A stretch of DNA of 64,000 nt from Candidatus Saccharimonadales bacterium (GCA_038207115.1 JBBRAC010000002.1:57819-121818); one strand, 5' to 3'. Shown: positions 26,013-35,497, numbered from the stretch's first letter. Made by a program: numbers and translations. The notes: a model not told the origin generated them from the letters alone.

Positions 26013-26729
26013 TTACCCCCGTGGTTTTATTAGCTTTTCTAGTGTTTGCTTGGTGGAATCGTACAGTGTTTTACCACTCAGATGCAATTCACATGACACC
26101 GGCGTACCAATAGTAAAGCTTGATTTAGGCAAGTTTTTCACCCGGGCCTTTATAACTGTTTGGGCGTCGGTGCCCACACTTTCCACCGAAACATCAAAAA
26201 CCGAAGCCTGGACACGCTGGTTATTGGGCAACGTTACCGACAGCAGATCGCCGTTATGGATCCGGGCATAATCCGGCGGGCTTAGTTCAAACTTGGCGAC
26301 TACGTAGAATGAATTGTCGCGCGTAACGGTAGCAATCTCATTATTTGCCGGCACAAACGCCCCTTCTATGTACGAAATATTGGAAACAGTCCCTGCGTTA
26401 GTGGCCTTGAGCGTAATCTGATTCTGATTATCTACGCTGTATGCTAGGTCCGCTTTGTTTATGGTGCCACTGGCTATACCATTATTTAACAAGCTGCTTT
26501 TAATTACGAACAGGGGTTGCCCTGCCGAAACGTGAGCGCCTTGGATAACATATTGCTTGGTTATGATACCTGAGTAATCCGTGCCGATAGTAATTGTGTC
26601 TGCCCGTAGCTGCGCCGAACGTGAACTGATGTTCGAGAGCGAAAAATTAAGCGCTACCAACAGGCCAAACAGCACTAATCCTACGAATAGTAATCCAAAA
26701 AATAACCGAAATCTATTAGTCCAACTCAT
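26013..26729 (-). CDS. HlyD/membrane-fusion-like protein
   Basis: N-terminal TM. Lipoyl-like motif GIITKQYVIQGAHVSAGQPLFVIKS. The start overlaps the GT2 stop (ATGA at 26726-26729). Confidence 0.55.
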   Translation of the reverse strand: MSWTNRFRLFFGLLFVGLVLFGLLVALNFSLSNISSRSAQLRADTITIGTDYSGIITKQYVIQGAHVSAGQPLFVIKSSLLNNGIASGTINKADLAYSVDNQNQITLKATNAGTVSNISYIEGAFVPANNEIATVTRDNSFYVVAKFELSPPDYARIHNGDLLSVTLPNNQRVQASVFDVSVESVGTDAQTVIKARVKNLPKSSFTIGTPVSCELHLSGKTLYDSTKQTLEKLIKPRG

Positions 26730-28402
26730 GCTACTCCTAGTTGTACTTGCTTCTTAGATTGATTCATGGCCCGCTTGAGCCGGCGCGTTTCGCGAACCGC
26801 GATGTATACAAACGTGCCAAGCACCAAGGTATTTATGCCGTTCCAGAACAGTGATAGGGAAAGTACGCCGGTATAATTAACCTTCCACACTCCAACAGCT
26901 GTAGTGCCCAGTAGAAAGACAAAGAACAGAACCTGCGGAATGATGTAGTTTAACGCAGAGTCAATTTTGGTTATGCTGCCCGTAGCGTGCCAAGACTGTT
27001 CCCTCCTGAACAAAGCGTTGAAGAAGGCTGAGATGTATATCGGGAATGAAGCATTGGAAAGCAGCAAGGTTTGGACACGGAAGCCACCCATTGTATAAAA
27101 CGCCACAAGGATTTGCATGACGTAAAAGCCACTGTAATACAACCCCCACGTGAGCACCGGTAGATGCAAATTGACCGGCGTTAAATTGAGGAATATCTGC
27201 AGTGGTGGCAGCAGTAACAAAAAGAGTGATGCCATACCGTTCAGATAGTATGTCACCGTACCAAAGTACTGCAGGCGCTGGTCGACGGTTAGTTTGTGGT
27301 TACGCAGCGGATTGTCCTGGAACAAAATTTCAAAGCCACCGGTTGCCCAACGCAGCTGCTGCTTGGTATAGGCCTTGATGCTATTGGGTGTTTTGCCTAC
27401 GGCTAAAATGTTTGGGATATACACCGACTTGTAACCCGCTTCGTGCAAGCGCAGTGAAGTCCATATATCTTCAGATTTAGATGCCTGGTACATGCCGCCG
27501 ATGGCCTGAATGGCGGAACGGCGAAAAACAACGTTAGTCCCGACACAAAAAGCTGCGTTGAAACGGTTTTTGCCTTGCTGGATAAGCGCATAAAACAGGT
27601 GCTGCATGTATCCTGCACCCCGCGAAATAGTGTTGTCCAGGTTATCGTAATGCTGAGGAGTTTGTACAAACGCCGTCCGAAAGTCTTCAAAAAACGGAAG
27701 CGTTTCATACAAGAAGTCAGAGCTTGGCACAAAATCGGCGTCAAATATGACAAAAAACTGCCCCTTGGTCTGGCTCAGGGCGTAGTTGACATTGCCGGCT
27801 TTAGCTCCCTCGTTGCCAGCCCGCCGAATATAACCAACGTGCAGTTTTTTGGCCAACAGTTGCACCTCTTCAGACTTGCCATCATCAAGAATATACGTAT
27901 TGTGAGAACCCCGTAGTGCATGCGCCGCTTTGGTTGTCCGTTGTATGATTTCTAAATCTTCGCCATAAGTCGTAATAAAAACATCAACCGTTATGGGTTT
28001 GCTATGTAACTGTAGGGGTGTCTGGAGCTTTTGCATGCTCAGCATGGTTTCGACGTTTGGGGCTAATTTCTTCTGTTTTACAAACAGCCGGTCTTGGGCG
28101 GCATGGAACTGGAAATTTCGTGGATCATAGCCGCTTGCAAGCACTGTCCATAACGCCAGCAACGCTTGGGCCAGCAGGAATGTTTCGGCCAAAATGACCA
28201 GTACATACGGTAGCAGGTCACCACGGTTACTTGGGTTAAACAGGAATGAGGCGTACAGCAGCACGCCAATCCCCGATATAAGCACCAGCATCATAAGGGT
28301 CGGAGATTTAAGATGATTCTCTATAGAAGCAGCCTCGGTTTGGCTGTCTTGTAATAACTCCTTAGCGCCAGCTGCCTGACGTTGTTTTCTGAATATTCTC
28401 AT
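26726..28402 (-). CDS. processive family-2 glycosyltransferase (cellulose/curdlan-synthase-like)
   Basis: Motifs: VIFDADFVP (DxD), SEDIWTSLRLH (TED-like), QQLRWATG (QxxRW). TM helices flank the catalytic domain. Start set at internal ATG 28402 (MRIFRKQRQ); the ORF track extends to 28504. Confidence 0.8.
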   Translation of the reverse strand: MRIFRKQRQAAGAKELLQDSQTEAASIENHLKSPTLMMLVLISGIGVLLYASFLFNPSNRGDLLPYVLVILAETFLLAQALLALWTVLASGYDPRNFQFHAAQDRLFVKQKKLAPNVETMLSMQKLQTPLQLHSKPITVDVFITTYGEDLEIIQRTTKAAHALRGSHNTYILDDGKSEEVQLLAKKLHVGYIRRAGNEGAKAGNVNYALSQTKGQFFVIFDADFVPSSDFLYETLPFFEDFRTAFVQTPQHYDNLDNTISRGAGYMQHLFYALIQQGKNRFNAAFCVGTNVVFRRSAIQAIGGMYQASKSEDIWTSLRLHEAGYKSVYIPNILAVGKTPNSIKAYTKQQLRWATGGFEILFQDNPLRNHKLTVDQRLQYFGTVTYYLNGMASLFLLLLPPLQIFLNLTPVNLHLPVLTWGLYYSGFYVMQILVAFYTMGGFRVQTLLLSNASFPIYISAFFNALFRREQSWHATGSITKIDSALNYIIPQVLFFVFLLGTTAVGVWKVNYTGVLSLSLFWNGINTLVLGTFVYIAVRETRRLKRAMNQSKKQVQLGVA

Positions 28403-28567
28403 TTGGTTGCAATACAATAACATATTTATTGTTTTTGAAGAGTATGAAAACTTACAATAACAAGCTATTTTACTGACTAAATACCTTTTTGCAGGCACGG
28501 GCATTTTGGCTTCCGCATTCGTCGAATGAAGTGCTCAGGGGATATGTGCGGTACAATCTACAGGTAC

Positions 28568-28644
28568 GCACCCGTAGCTCAGCTGGATAGAGCGTTGGTT
28601 TCCGGTACCAAAGGTCGTAGGTTCGAATCCTATCGGGTGTACCA
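28568..28644 (+). tRNA. tRNA-Arg (anticodon CCG), CCA encoded
   Basis: Manual cloverleaf. Acceptor GCACCCG/CGGGTGT. D arm GCTC-AGCTGGATA-GAGC. Anticodon stem TTGGT/ACCAA with loop TTCCGGT. T arm GTAGG-TTCGAAT-CCTAT. Then A-CCA. Confidence 0.9.
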
Positions 28645-28845
28645 ATTCTATGTAACATAGGATCTATTCTTTAGATCAGTCGCCCCAACCATACATGCAG
28701 AAATATATACTCATAAACTTTCTAGAAGGTGTTCCTGTTGGTTATGAATTTGATTAAACTGCCAACATAGAGGTTCTAGCTTCGTTAACGGTTATCATCT
28801 AAATTATATGGCCACTGTTACCAACCCCGAGGAGCTTCGCACCAC

Positions 28846-29949
28846 TTAACGAGCTCGGGTTACGAATCCTTCGTCAGCATGTACCACAATCAGCTCATTA
28901 TTTTTAAGCACTTTCGTGGCGGTTCCCGTTCCAACTATGCACGGCTTATGCAGTTCTCGGGCAATAATTGCTGCATGAGAAAGTATGCCCCCTTGGTCCG
29001 TAACAATTGCCGATGCTTTTTGCATGAGCGGTACATAGTTTGGCGTCGTCACTTCGCATACAAGGACCGCTCCCGTTGGAAAGTCTACCCCCAAGTTATC
29101 AGGCGACACGATACACACAGGCCCCTCAGCACTGCCAGGGCTCCCTGTCTGCCCAGAGACAAGCGCACGGCTAGATTTACTGGACTCTGTCCTTATGATG
29201 ATATCAGCGTACAAATCACCGAGTGACTTACTGTAGTCAATATACCAGGTGCCCATCGATGAGTCGGTAGTTTCAAAGTAACCCTGCAAGTAGCCGTTTA
29301 CAAAAGTAGACCCAAGTCTTTCCTCTAATTCTGTTTGCTTGGCAGGTTCTGGGACATAAATAAGTTCTACAAGCTTCTTAAGATGTGCAATCGCATGTTC
29401 ATCGTTAGGCATGATTGCCCAATCTTTATAGTCATACCTGAAAACAGAGGGCGCCTGTTTTTCGTGGAATCCTTGGGTAAGCTGATGGTGCCCTCCATTA
29501 ATAATCTCACCCTGAATGCCATATTTATTGACAATAAATATAGTTGCCCAGGAGGAATCTGGAGCATGAGGAACGAAATCAGCCTTGTAAGCCTTCGGGT
29601 CAATCCCCTGCTCCAAAAACCAAGCGTAGGCTCCTGTAATAGATTTTCCCCTCATCCGAAGCTTTGGAAGGCCATCATTCTTTGGCATTAACCTAAGAGC
29701 ACAAAGTTCATCACCGCGTTGACGTAAGAAAGCGGTAAATCTGGGATTATCGTCTCTGAGCTCTGCTGCTTCAAACTGTGTTGGTTTATCAAAAGGCAAA
29801 CCAATCGTGTCATTCAGTAATCGTAACCGCTCTCGTTTTTCGTTATCCTCTTTACGAATTAGTGCCGTATCCGCATGTTTAATATCTTCCAGCCATTCAG
29901 TTAAAGATTTCTGGGTTTTCAATAATTCCGCTAGTTTGTCGTCTGCCAT
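28846..29949 (-). CDS. PEP-utilising-enzyme mobile (phosphohistidine swivel) domain protein with unknown N-terminal domain
   Basis: C-terminal sequence: VTTPNYVPLMQKASAIVTDQGGILSHAAIIARELHKPCIVGTG. No TIM-barrel PEP/pyruvate domain follows. Confidence 0.7.
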   Translation of the reverse strand: MADDKLAELLKTQKSLTEWLEDIKHADTALIRKEDNEKRERLRLLNDTIGLPFDKPTQFEAAELRDDNPRFTAFLRQRGDELCALRLMPKNDGLPKLRMRGKSITGAYAWFLEQGIDPKAYKADFVPHAPDSSWATIFIVNKYGIQGEIINGGHHQLTQGFHEKQAPSVFRYDYKDWAIMPNDEHAIAHLKKLVELIYVPEPAKQTELEERLGSTFVNGYLQGYFETTDSSMGTWYIDYSKSLGDLYADIIIRTESSKSSRALVSGQTGSPGSAEGPVCIVSPDNLGVDFPTGAVLVCEVTTPNYVPLMQKASAIVTDQGGILSHAAIIARELHKPCIVGTGTATKVLKNNELIVVHADEGFVTRAR

Positions 29950-29965
29950 CCCTGCTCCTTCCCTC

Positions 29966-30790
29966 TTATTTTACATCGCCAAGCCGCAAGCCCGTGATAG
30001 GCCGACACTGCAGTACATAGAGCTTATTGTGGCAGAGCGCCCATTCAACATCGACAGGATAGCTAAAAAACACTTCAAGTTGCCGTACGATAGCACTGAG
30101 CTGAACAATGTGCCTATCGGATAGCTTTTGAAGGCTCATACCCGTACCCAGGCCCTCCCAGACTGTTTCCCCAAGAGTATTGATGACTAATTTCTTTGTT
30201 TGCGGCGCTAAACGCTTATCGATAATGGTGTCGTCAGATTTATGTACCGTATAGGCATCGGGGGTTATCTCACCAGACACTATTGCTTCACCCAGTCCTA
30301 AGCCGGCCTCTATGATAATTTTTGTAGTATCTTGCGAGACTGGGTGCACCGAAAACGCAACGCCACTAACTTCACTCTGTATCATCTTTTGAACAATGAC
30401 TCCGACTTTGCCGCTTTCTACATTTTTCTGGACCGCATATGATTGGGCGCGTGGCGAATGTGTCGATTTCCAACATAACTCAATATGGTGCACCAGATTG
30501 TTTTCGCTAGTATTAAGAAACGTATCGAGCTGCCCAGCCCAAGCCGCAGCCTGCCCATCTTCGTTGACAGCGCTGGATCGAACCGCCACAAACTTTGCGT
30601 GCAGATCGTAAAAATGGTTCAAAATATTCTTTTGCAGCTCTGGCGTCATTGCCGGACATGCGGACGAAATAACAAAACCCCTAGGAACATTGAACCCGGC
30701 CTGTATCATTTTGGCTAATGCGTACGCCTTGCCACCAGCCGTGCGCCTATCATTCGCATCGGCCATATCAAATAGCTGCTGACTGCTCAT
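29966..30790 (-). CDS. PPDK_N-type ATP-grasp (pyruvate phosphate dikinase/PEP synthase N-terminal) domain protein
   Basis: Sequence: GGKAYALAKMIQAGFNVPRGFVI...VAVRSSAVNEDGQAAAWAGQLDTFLN...DVEWA. Lies 16 nt upstream of the swivel-domain gene. Confidence 0.75.
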   Translation of the reverse strand: MSSQQLFDMADANDRRTAGGKAYALAKMIQAGFNVPRGFVISSACPAMTPELQKNILNHFYDLHAKFVAVRSSAVNEDGQAAAWAGQLDTFLNTSENNLVHHIELCWKSTHSPRAQSYAVQKNVESGKVGVIVQKMIQSEVSGVAFSVHPVSQDTTKIIIEAGLGLGEAIVSGEITPDAYTVHKSDDTIIDKRLAPQTKKLVINTLGETVWEGLGTGMSLQKLSDRHIVQLSAIVRQLEVFFSYPVDVEWALCHNKLYVLQCRPITGLRLGDVK

Positions 30791-31003
30791 CTACATAATC
30801 ATATCAGGCTTACACTCAAGCCACCCGTAGATTCAAGTGCTTCGTTGTAATACCAGCAACTCAGCCATACCACCGTCTAGCAATTCAAGTCCCTATCGGC
30901 GATCTGTTACTATTCAGTTCTGACATTCTTAAAAACTCAGACAAATTTTGAACCCTACTATTTATAGTTTGGGATAGAGACACAAATTACTTAAAATACA
31001 TAC

Positions 31004-31414
31004 ATGATATATCAAGCACTAGAGGCAATTGTTAAGACAATTGACGCTGATTCCGCAGCAATAATGGTACCAGACGAAACAGAGAGAGTTCTATTCTGTT
31101 ACGACAGTTTTAATATGCCCGCAGAATGGGTAGCCATAAAAAATTCATTTGATGAAGAGGTGCCCGGTGGTACTGTTGAAGTCTATAAAACTGGTGAACC
31201 TGCGATTAGTAATCATTTACAGAAAACACTCAAAAGCTACTACGTAGAGTCGGTAATGATTGTGCCAATACGTCGTGATGAAAAAACTATTGCGACACTT
31301 GAACTGATTCACGTCAAAGATAATAAAGCGTTCAACGAGGACGATCGGCGACAGGCAGAGGAGTTTGTAAAACAAATTTCGTTTAAAAAAGGTAGTTCTA
31401 ATGTCACACACTAA
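31004..31414 (+). CDS. GAF-like domain protein
   Basis: 136 aa. Weak GAF-like pattern: AAIMVPDE...LFCYDSFNMP...YYVESVMIVPIRRDEKTIATLEL. Leaderless geometry: TAAAAT at 30992-30997, then 6 nt, then ATG. Confidence 0.4.
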   Translation: MIYQALEAIVKTIDADSAAIMVPDETERVLFCYDSFNMPAEWVAIKNSFDEEVPGGTVEVYKTGEPAISNHLQKTLKSYYVESVMIVPIRRDEKTIATLELIHVKDNKAFNEDDRRQAEEFVKQISFKKGSSNVTH

Positions 31415-31510
31415 GCGCTACCTTATTTCAATTCTGCATATGTCGTCTGGTAGTATTTGTTACCAACAGCGGATTAGCCCTAAAGGAGTTCGAACTATTA
31501 TGGGTTAGCT

Positions 31511-31519
31511 TGATACAAT
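31511..31519 (+). promoter_or_regulatory. extended -10 promoter, leaderless configuration
   Basis: TGATACAAT, then a 6-nt spacer (TAGGGT), then ATG 31526. Confidence 0.5.
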
Positions 31520-31525
31520 TAGGGT

Positions 31526-32158
31526 ATGGACAAACGTTACGTCGAGCAAGCTATTGAGCAACAAGTACCACCCAACAGCGCGGTCCTGAACCAAACCGCA
31601 CAGGAAATACCTCCGAAAGATATAGCTAATCCCGAAACTCAAGATTTGGTTGATGCACTATTTAGGGTAGCTTACGGCCGTCAAGGTGACGCAAAGTATC
31701 CTACCCTTGTTGGCTTGGCAGCTCCCCAAATAGGCATTTCGAAACGAGTTGTTATCATCGGCATGAATGCGGTAGGCGGAGGAGAACAGCCGGACTTACA
31801 CGAATTTATAAACCCCAAAATCATTGTTACATCTGAGGAGACCGAAGATGGCCGCGAAGGCTGTTTTTCAACCGGTAGAGTTTGCGGGATAGTGGCACGC
31901 GCCAAGAACGTTACAGTCAGGGCCTACACCCGCGACGGTCGGCAATTCGAGCACGAATTTACAGGTTTCCCAGCCCGCGTTGCACAGCACGAAATAGACC
32001 ATTTGGACGGTATTCGCTTTCCCGACAGAATTACCGACGATAAAAAACTCCACTGGGTTGAAGCAGCACAGTTTGGAGAGTACCGCCAAAACTGGCAAAA
32101 TTGGCCAGTCAATTGTTCACCAGAAAAATGGGAATCCATCAAGCTAGGCAATACCTAG
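31526..32158 (+). CDS. def: peptide deformylase
   Basis: Three PDF motifs: GLAAPQIG, EGCFS, QHEIDHLDG. Confidence 0.9.
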   Translation: MDKRYVEQAIEQQVPPNSAVLNQTAQEIPPKDIANPETQDLVDALFRVAYGRQGDAKYPTLVGLAAPQIGISKRVVIIGMNAVGGGEQPDLHEFINPKIIVTSEETEDGREGCFSTGRVCGIVARAKNVTVRAYTRDGRQFEHEFTGFPARVAQHEIDHLDGIRFPDRITDDKKLHWVEAAQFGEYRQNWQNWPVNCSPEKWESIKLGNT

Positions 32159-32526
32159 TTTTCGACTTCTAGCAGCTAAGCCGTAGCCAATTTATACGTT
32201 TGTTTTATTCGGGCGAACAATGAGAAATAGATAGCCCTTTACCCCAAACACACCAAACAGCCCACCTAAACTTGCCCATGAAAGAGCGGCTTATAGATTT
32301 CTTTTTTGGCATCCATATAGATGCCTACCCGCGCAGACTACCCACACTAGTACTGCTACGTATTGTTCCATGGCAGGAGTATAGCAGCCACGCTACACAA
32401 CGCCATTTCCGGCTGGGGGTGTGCTTGAACTTGCGGTGGTCTACCGAGTGATAAAGACCGAACCTCACCGAACGTAGCAAGGCAACGGTATGTACTTATT
32501 TCAAAATCTGCCGTAACACGTTCTTC

Positions 32527-32721
32527 TTAGTGAGCTATAAATTTGAGCAAGTCGTACGTTAGAAAAGCCGGCCAGACAACTGCTTTTAAAAATGCCAGTA
32601 CTACCGGCCAAAAACCATGAGCTACTTGAATGTAGTAAACCAGTGATCCTACTAGTCCAAAGAAATATATCGGGCTAGAAATAGTAGACGATTTTTGAAT
32701 TTTGCACTTATTGTCCATCAT
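32527..32721 (-). CDS. small membrane protein (2 TM)
   Basis: SD (GGAGG) 9 nt before ATGATG at 32721. Sequence: MMDNKCKIQKSSTISSPIYFFGLVGSLVYYIQVAHGFWPVVLAFLKAVVWPAFL. Confidence 0.45.
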   Translation of the reverse strand: MMDNKCKIQKSSTISSPIYFFGLVGSLVYYIQVAHGFWPVVLAFLKAVVWPAFLTYDLLKFIAH

Positions 32722-32900
32722 TGATGCTTTCCTCCGCCTAACACTGTACGGCTTTATCAATAATTAACCGGTGACAGCAATCACTCGACCAAGCTTACGC
32801 CAGGCATTTTCAATCCAATTTGAGCTTCCCCTAAAAGGACGTACAGTACTGCCAACACCATTTGTACGTTACACTAAGGGGGTAACGAAAAGGAGTAGGT

Positions 32901-33278
32901 ATGGAATATATTTCGGCTTTTAGCGGGTTCTCGGTTACTAACATTGTGGCAGCCAAAGAGTTTTACGTGGGCAAGCTGGGGCTGGAACTTACCAGCCAGA
33001 GTAGGGGCTTAGAATTTAGCCTGCCTGGTGGTGGAACGCATTTTATATATGAAAAATCGGACCATACACCCGCTGAGTACACGGTGCTTAATTTTGTGGT
33101 GAGCGATATAGACGCGTCCGTAGATATGCTAACCAAGGCAGGCGTAAAGTTTGAGCGCTACGAAGGCATGCACCAAGACGAAAAAGGCATTGCCCGGGGC
33201 AAAAGCGCCGACCAAGGCCCCGACATTGCCTGGTTTACCGACCCAGCCGGGAACATTCTGTCCGTTTTGCAGAATTAA
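32901..33278 (+). CDS. VOC/glyoxalase-family protein
   Basis: Sequence: FSVTNIVAAKEFYVGKLGLEL ... WFTDPAGNILSVLQ. SD (AAGGAG) upstream. Confidence 0.75.
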   Translation: MEYISAFSGFSVTNIVAAKEFYVGKLGLELTSQSRGLEFSLPGGGTHFIYEKSDHTPAEYTVLNFVVSDIDASVDMLTKAGVKFERYEGMHQDEKGIARGKSADQGPDIAWFTDPAGNILSVLQN

Positions 33279-33358
33279 GCCGCCCCACAAGCTGAAAAAA
33301 CAGTTGTAATTAAAGCGCTTACGTTTAATACTTAAGGTAAACCTAACTGCGATGGATT

Positions 33359-34096
33359 ATGCAACCAAACGAACAAAACCCTAACACCAACCCACAAGAT
33401 GGCAGCATTCCTGTGCGCCCCGTGATTCAGCGGCCGATACTAAACGACTTTGCGCCCCGTCCGAACGCCGTAACCCGCCCACCATACCCCAATCCGACAG
33501 CTTCATCTGTACCCCCGCAAACCGTAAGCCCACAACCAAACCAAGCCCCTACCCCGACAACGGCAGTTTCCTATGTGGCAACCCCCCTCCCTCAGCCACC
33601 CGTGGAAATGGCGCAGAGCGATGATTTACTCCCCCCCGGCTTGCCCGAAGACGATATAACGCTGGAAAATGATACTAAGCCCGTGAAAGAACCAAGCGAA
33701 ACGGGACATGCCGGGCTGGTTGGCCTAGCGGTGTTCGGCGTCTTGACGGCCCTCTTTTTACTGCCACTGCTGCCAGGCAAAACGCTCGATAATTTTCCCG
33801 GTAGCTCGCAATCTTTTTCCAGTGGCGACCAAGCCCTAGCGTGCTTGCAACCGCCGGCCAGTAGCAATAGCTCAACTTCCTTCGATTCCAAGGCTGGCTT
33901 TCCCATAACCTACACCTATGCTTCCACGAGCAAACAAACCGCCACCTGCGATAGCAAAAGCCAGAGCGTGGTTTCGGGCCACTCCTCGCAGTTTAATCCG
34001 CTGGGCTTAGTTATAAATATTGCTACCGCGCTGACAGTGGCAGCAGTAGTCGGTCTAGTATGGAAAAAGATTTTTGGCGTCAAAGATAAGTATTAG
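33359..34096 (+). CDS. proline-rich membrane protein
   Basis: Pro/Gln/Thr-rich N-terminus of ~110 aa. Two TM segments: LVGLAVFGVLTALFLLPLL and LVINIATALTVAAVVGLVW. Confidence 0.5.
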   Translation: MQPNEQNPNTNPQDGSIPVRPVIQRPILNDFAPRPNAVTRPPYPNPTASSVPPQTVSPQPNQAPTPTTAVSYVATPLPQPPVEMAQSDDLLPPGLPEDDITLENDTKPVKEPSETGHAGLVGLAVFGVLTALFLLPLLPGKTLDNFPGSSQSFSSGDQALACLQPPASSNSSTSFDSKAGFPITYTYASTSKQTATCDSKSQSVVSGHSSQFNPLGLVINIATALTVAAVVGLVWKKIFGVKDKY

Positions 34097-34869
34097 ATAG
34101 CTGGAAGCTCCATGGCTTTCCCTCGGGTATAATCAGCTAGTCGCCGACGTGTTGTGGTTTGGCCCAAAAGCACAAAGTTTTGGGGCAGCCATAGGCTATA
34201 CCCTTCGCCCGCGACAATCAAATCCAGCTGACTGAAGGTCTGCCCTGCCGCCCGGCACAAGGCTCGTAGCACCTTAGACTGCAGACCGTGATAGGTACTA
34301 ATGACATTCATGGCGATGACGCCTCCTGGCTGCACATGCTTGACGTAAGCTTGGAAAGCTTCGGCCGTTTGCAACTCGCGCGGTATCTGCTCATTAGTAA
34401 ACGCGTCCACGAAGATGATATCGAAACAGGTGTCATGCTGCTGGAGCCAGCTTAAGCCGTCGGCGTGCTCAATCTGCAGCCGCTTGTCGCGGGGCAAGTC
34501 AAAGTACCGGTACGCCAGGCCGGCCAGGTCGGCGTCGGGTTCCACCATCACTATATGTACGTCTGGTAAGGCTGCAAGCAGCGCAGTGGCTAGCGTGCCG
34601 ACACCCCCACCGATGATAAGCACCGTTTTTGGCAGGAGGCTCGAAGCAAGTTCGAAAAAACACTGGTTGTACTCGAACAGCAGGTCGGGCTTGCCGTCGG
34701 TTGCCACGCCTGACTGTGCAGTCTGGGGATCGAGACTATACAGGACGCGCGCCGCACGGCCGTCGTACAGCGTGTCCACTATTTGATAGTGTCCGCCCTC
34801 AGTCTCACCCTCCCACACAGTCTGCCCTTGCATGCTGGTAGTATGAACCCATCTCGTATCGTTTCTCAA
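34093..34869 (-). CDS. spermidine-synthase-like class I methyltransferase-fold protein
   Basis: Sequence: VLIIGGGVGTLATALL...VHIVMVEPD...FDIIFVDAF. The ORF-track start is TTG; ATG at 34833 is an alternative. Confidence 0.5.
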   Translation of the reverse strand: MRNDTRWVHTTSMQGQTVWEGETEGGHYQIVDTLYDGRAARVLYSLDPQTAQSGVATDGKPDLLFEYNQCFFELASSLLPKTVLIIGGGVGTLATALLAALPDVHIVMVEPDADLAGLAYRYFDLPRDKRLQIEHADGLSWLQQHDTCFDIIFVDAFTNEQIPRELQTAEAFQAYVKHVQPGGVIAMNVISTYHGLQSKVLRALCRAAGQTFSQLDLIVAGEGYSLWLPQNFVLLGQTTTRRRLADYTRGKAMELPAI

Positions 34870-35014
34870 GACGTGCGGGTAAGTTTCGGGCGTGCTGGAT
34901 GTTTGGAGCCGGTGGAAGCATAACCGTAGTTACGGTGACGGCTGGTACGGGCAGCTAGTGCCGCGAAGGCTAAACGTAACTGGAAAAAGATGCGAGCTGG
35001 GTTCATCCCAAGAC

Positions 35015-35497
35015 TCAGGCTGCGAGGCTGTTCTGATTCTGGTTCTGATGGCGCTGGCGCTTACGCTGTAGTTGGCGCTGGGCTTCGTCACGACCGATTG
35101 CGCTCAGTACGGTTTGCTTGTACTCGAGCTGATGTTTGCGTCGGGCGGTGTCCTCGCCGAGAGCACCCAGTACGAATATGACATATTCAAAAAACGGCCG
35201 ATTGTTCTCATCAATAATTACTTCAGCTGGCGCCAGCCCATTCTCCATAACGATGGTTGCTCTTACTACCAAGCCCCCCAAGGTGCTCTCGGCGCTATAC
35301 GCCAGCACTTCGCGTCCAAAGTACGTCTCTAGCGCCTGGTGCGCTATCTCATGAGCAATGGGGTTGAGCTGCCCCGGCCTAAGCACGAGCGGTAGTTCGG
35401 AATTAGCAAGAATTGGGGGACAATCCGGCCCGAGCCCGAGTGGTAGTTCGGAATTGGTAGAAAGTGGTAGGCAATCTGGCCCGGATAGGTGTGGCAT
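35015..35497 (-). CDS. small HExxH-motif protein with 17-aa tandem duplication
   Basis: Motif NPIAHEIAHQALE. N-terminal repeat GPDCLPLSTNSELPLGL / GPDCPPILANSELPLVL, encoded by two 45-nt repeat units at 35387-35431 and 35438-35482. Confidence 0.45.
   Translation of the reverse strand: MPHLSGPDCLPLSTNSELPLGLGPDCPPILANSELPLVLRPGQLNPIAHEIAHQALETYFGREVLAYSAESTLGGLVVRATIVMENGLAPAEVIIDENNRPFFEYVIFVLGALGEDTARRKHQLEYKQTVLSAIGRDEAQRQLQRKRQRHQNQNQNSLAA

Noticed and set aside
22465-28644. Island bounded by two tRNA-Arg genes acting as att duplications
   Set aside because: The two tRNAs are complete, distinct isoacceptors (TCG and CCG) rather than a gene plus a 3'-fragment repeat. The intervening DNA has core-like composition and no recombinase.
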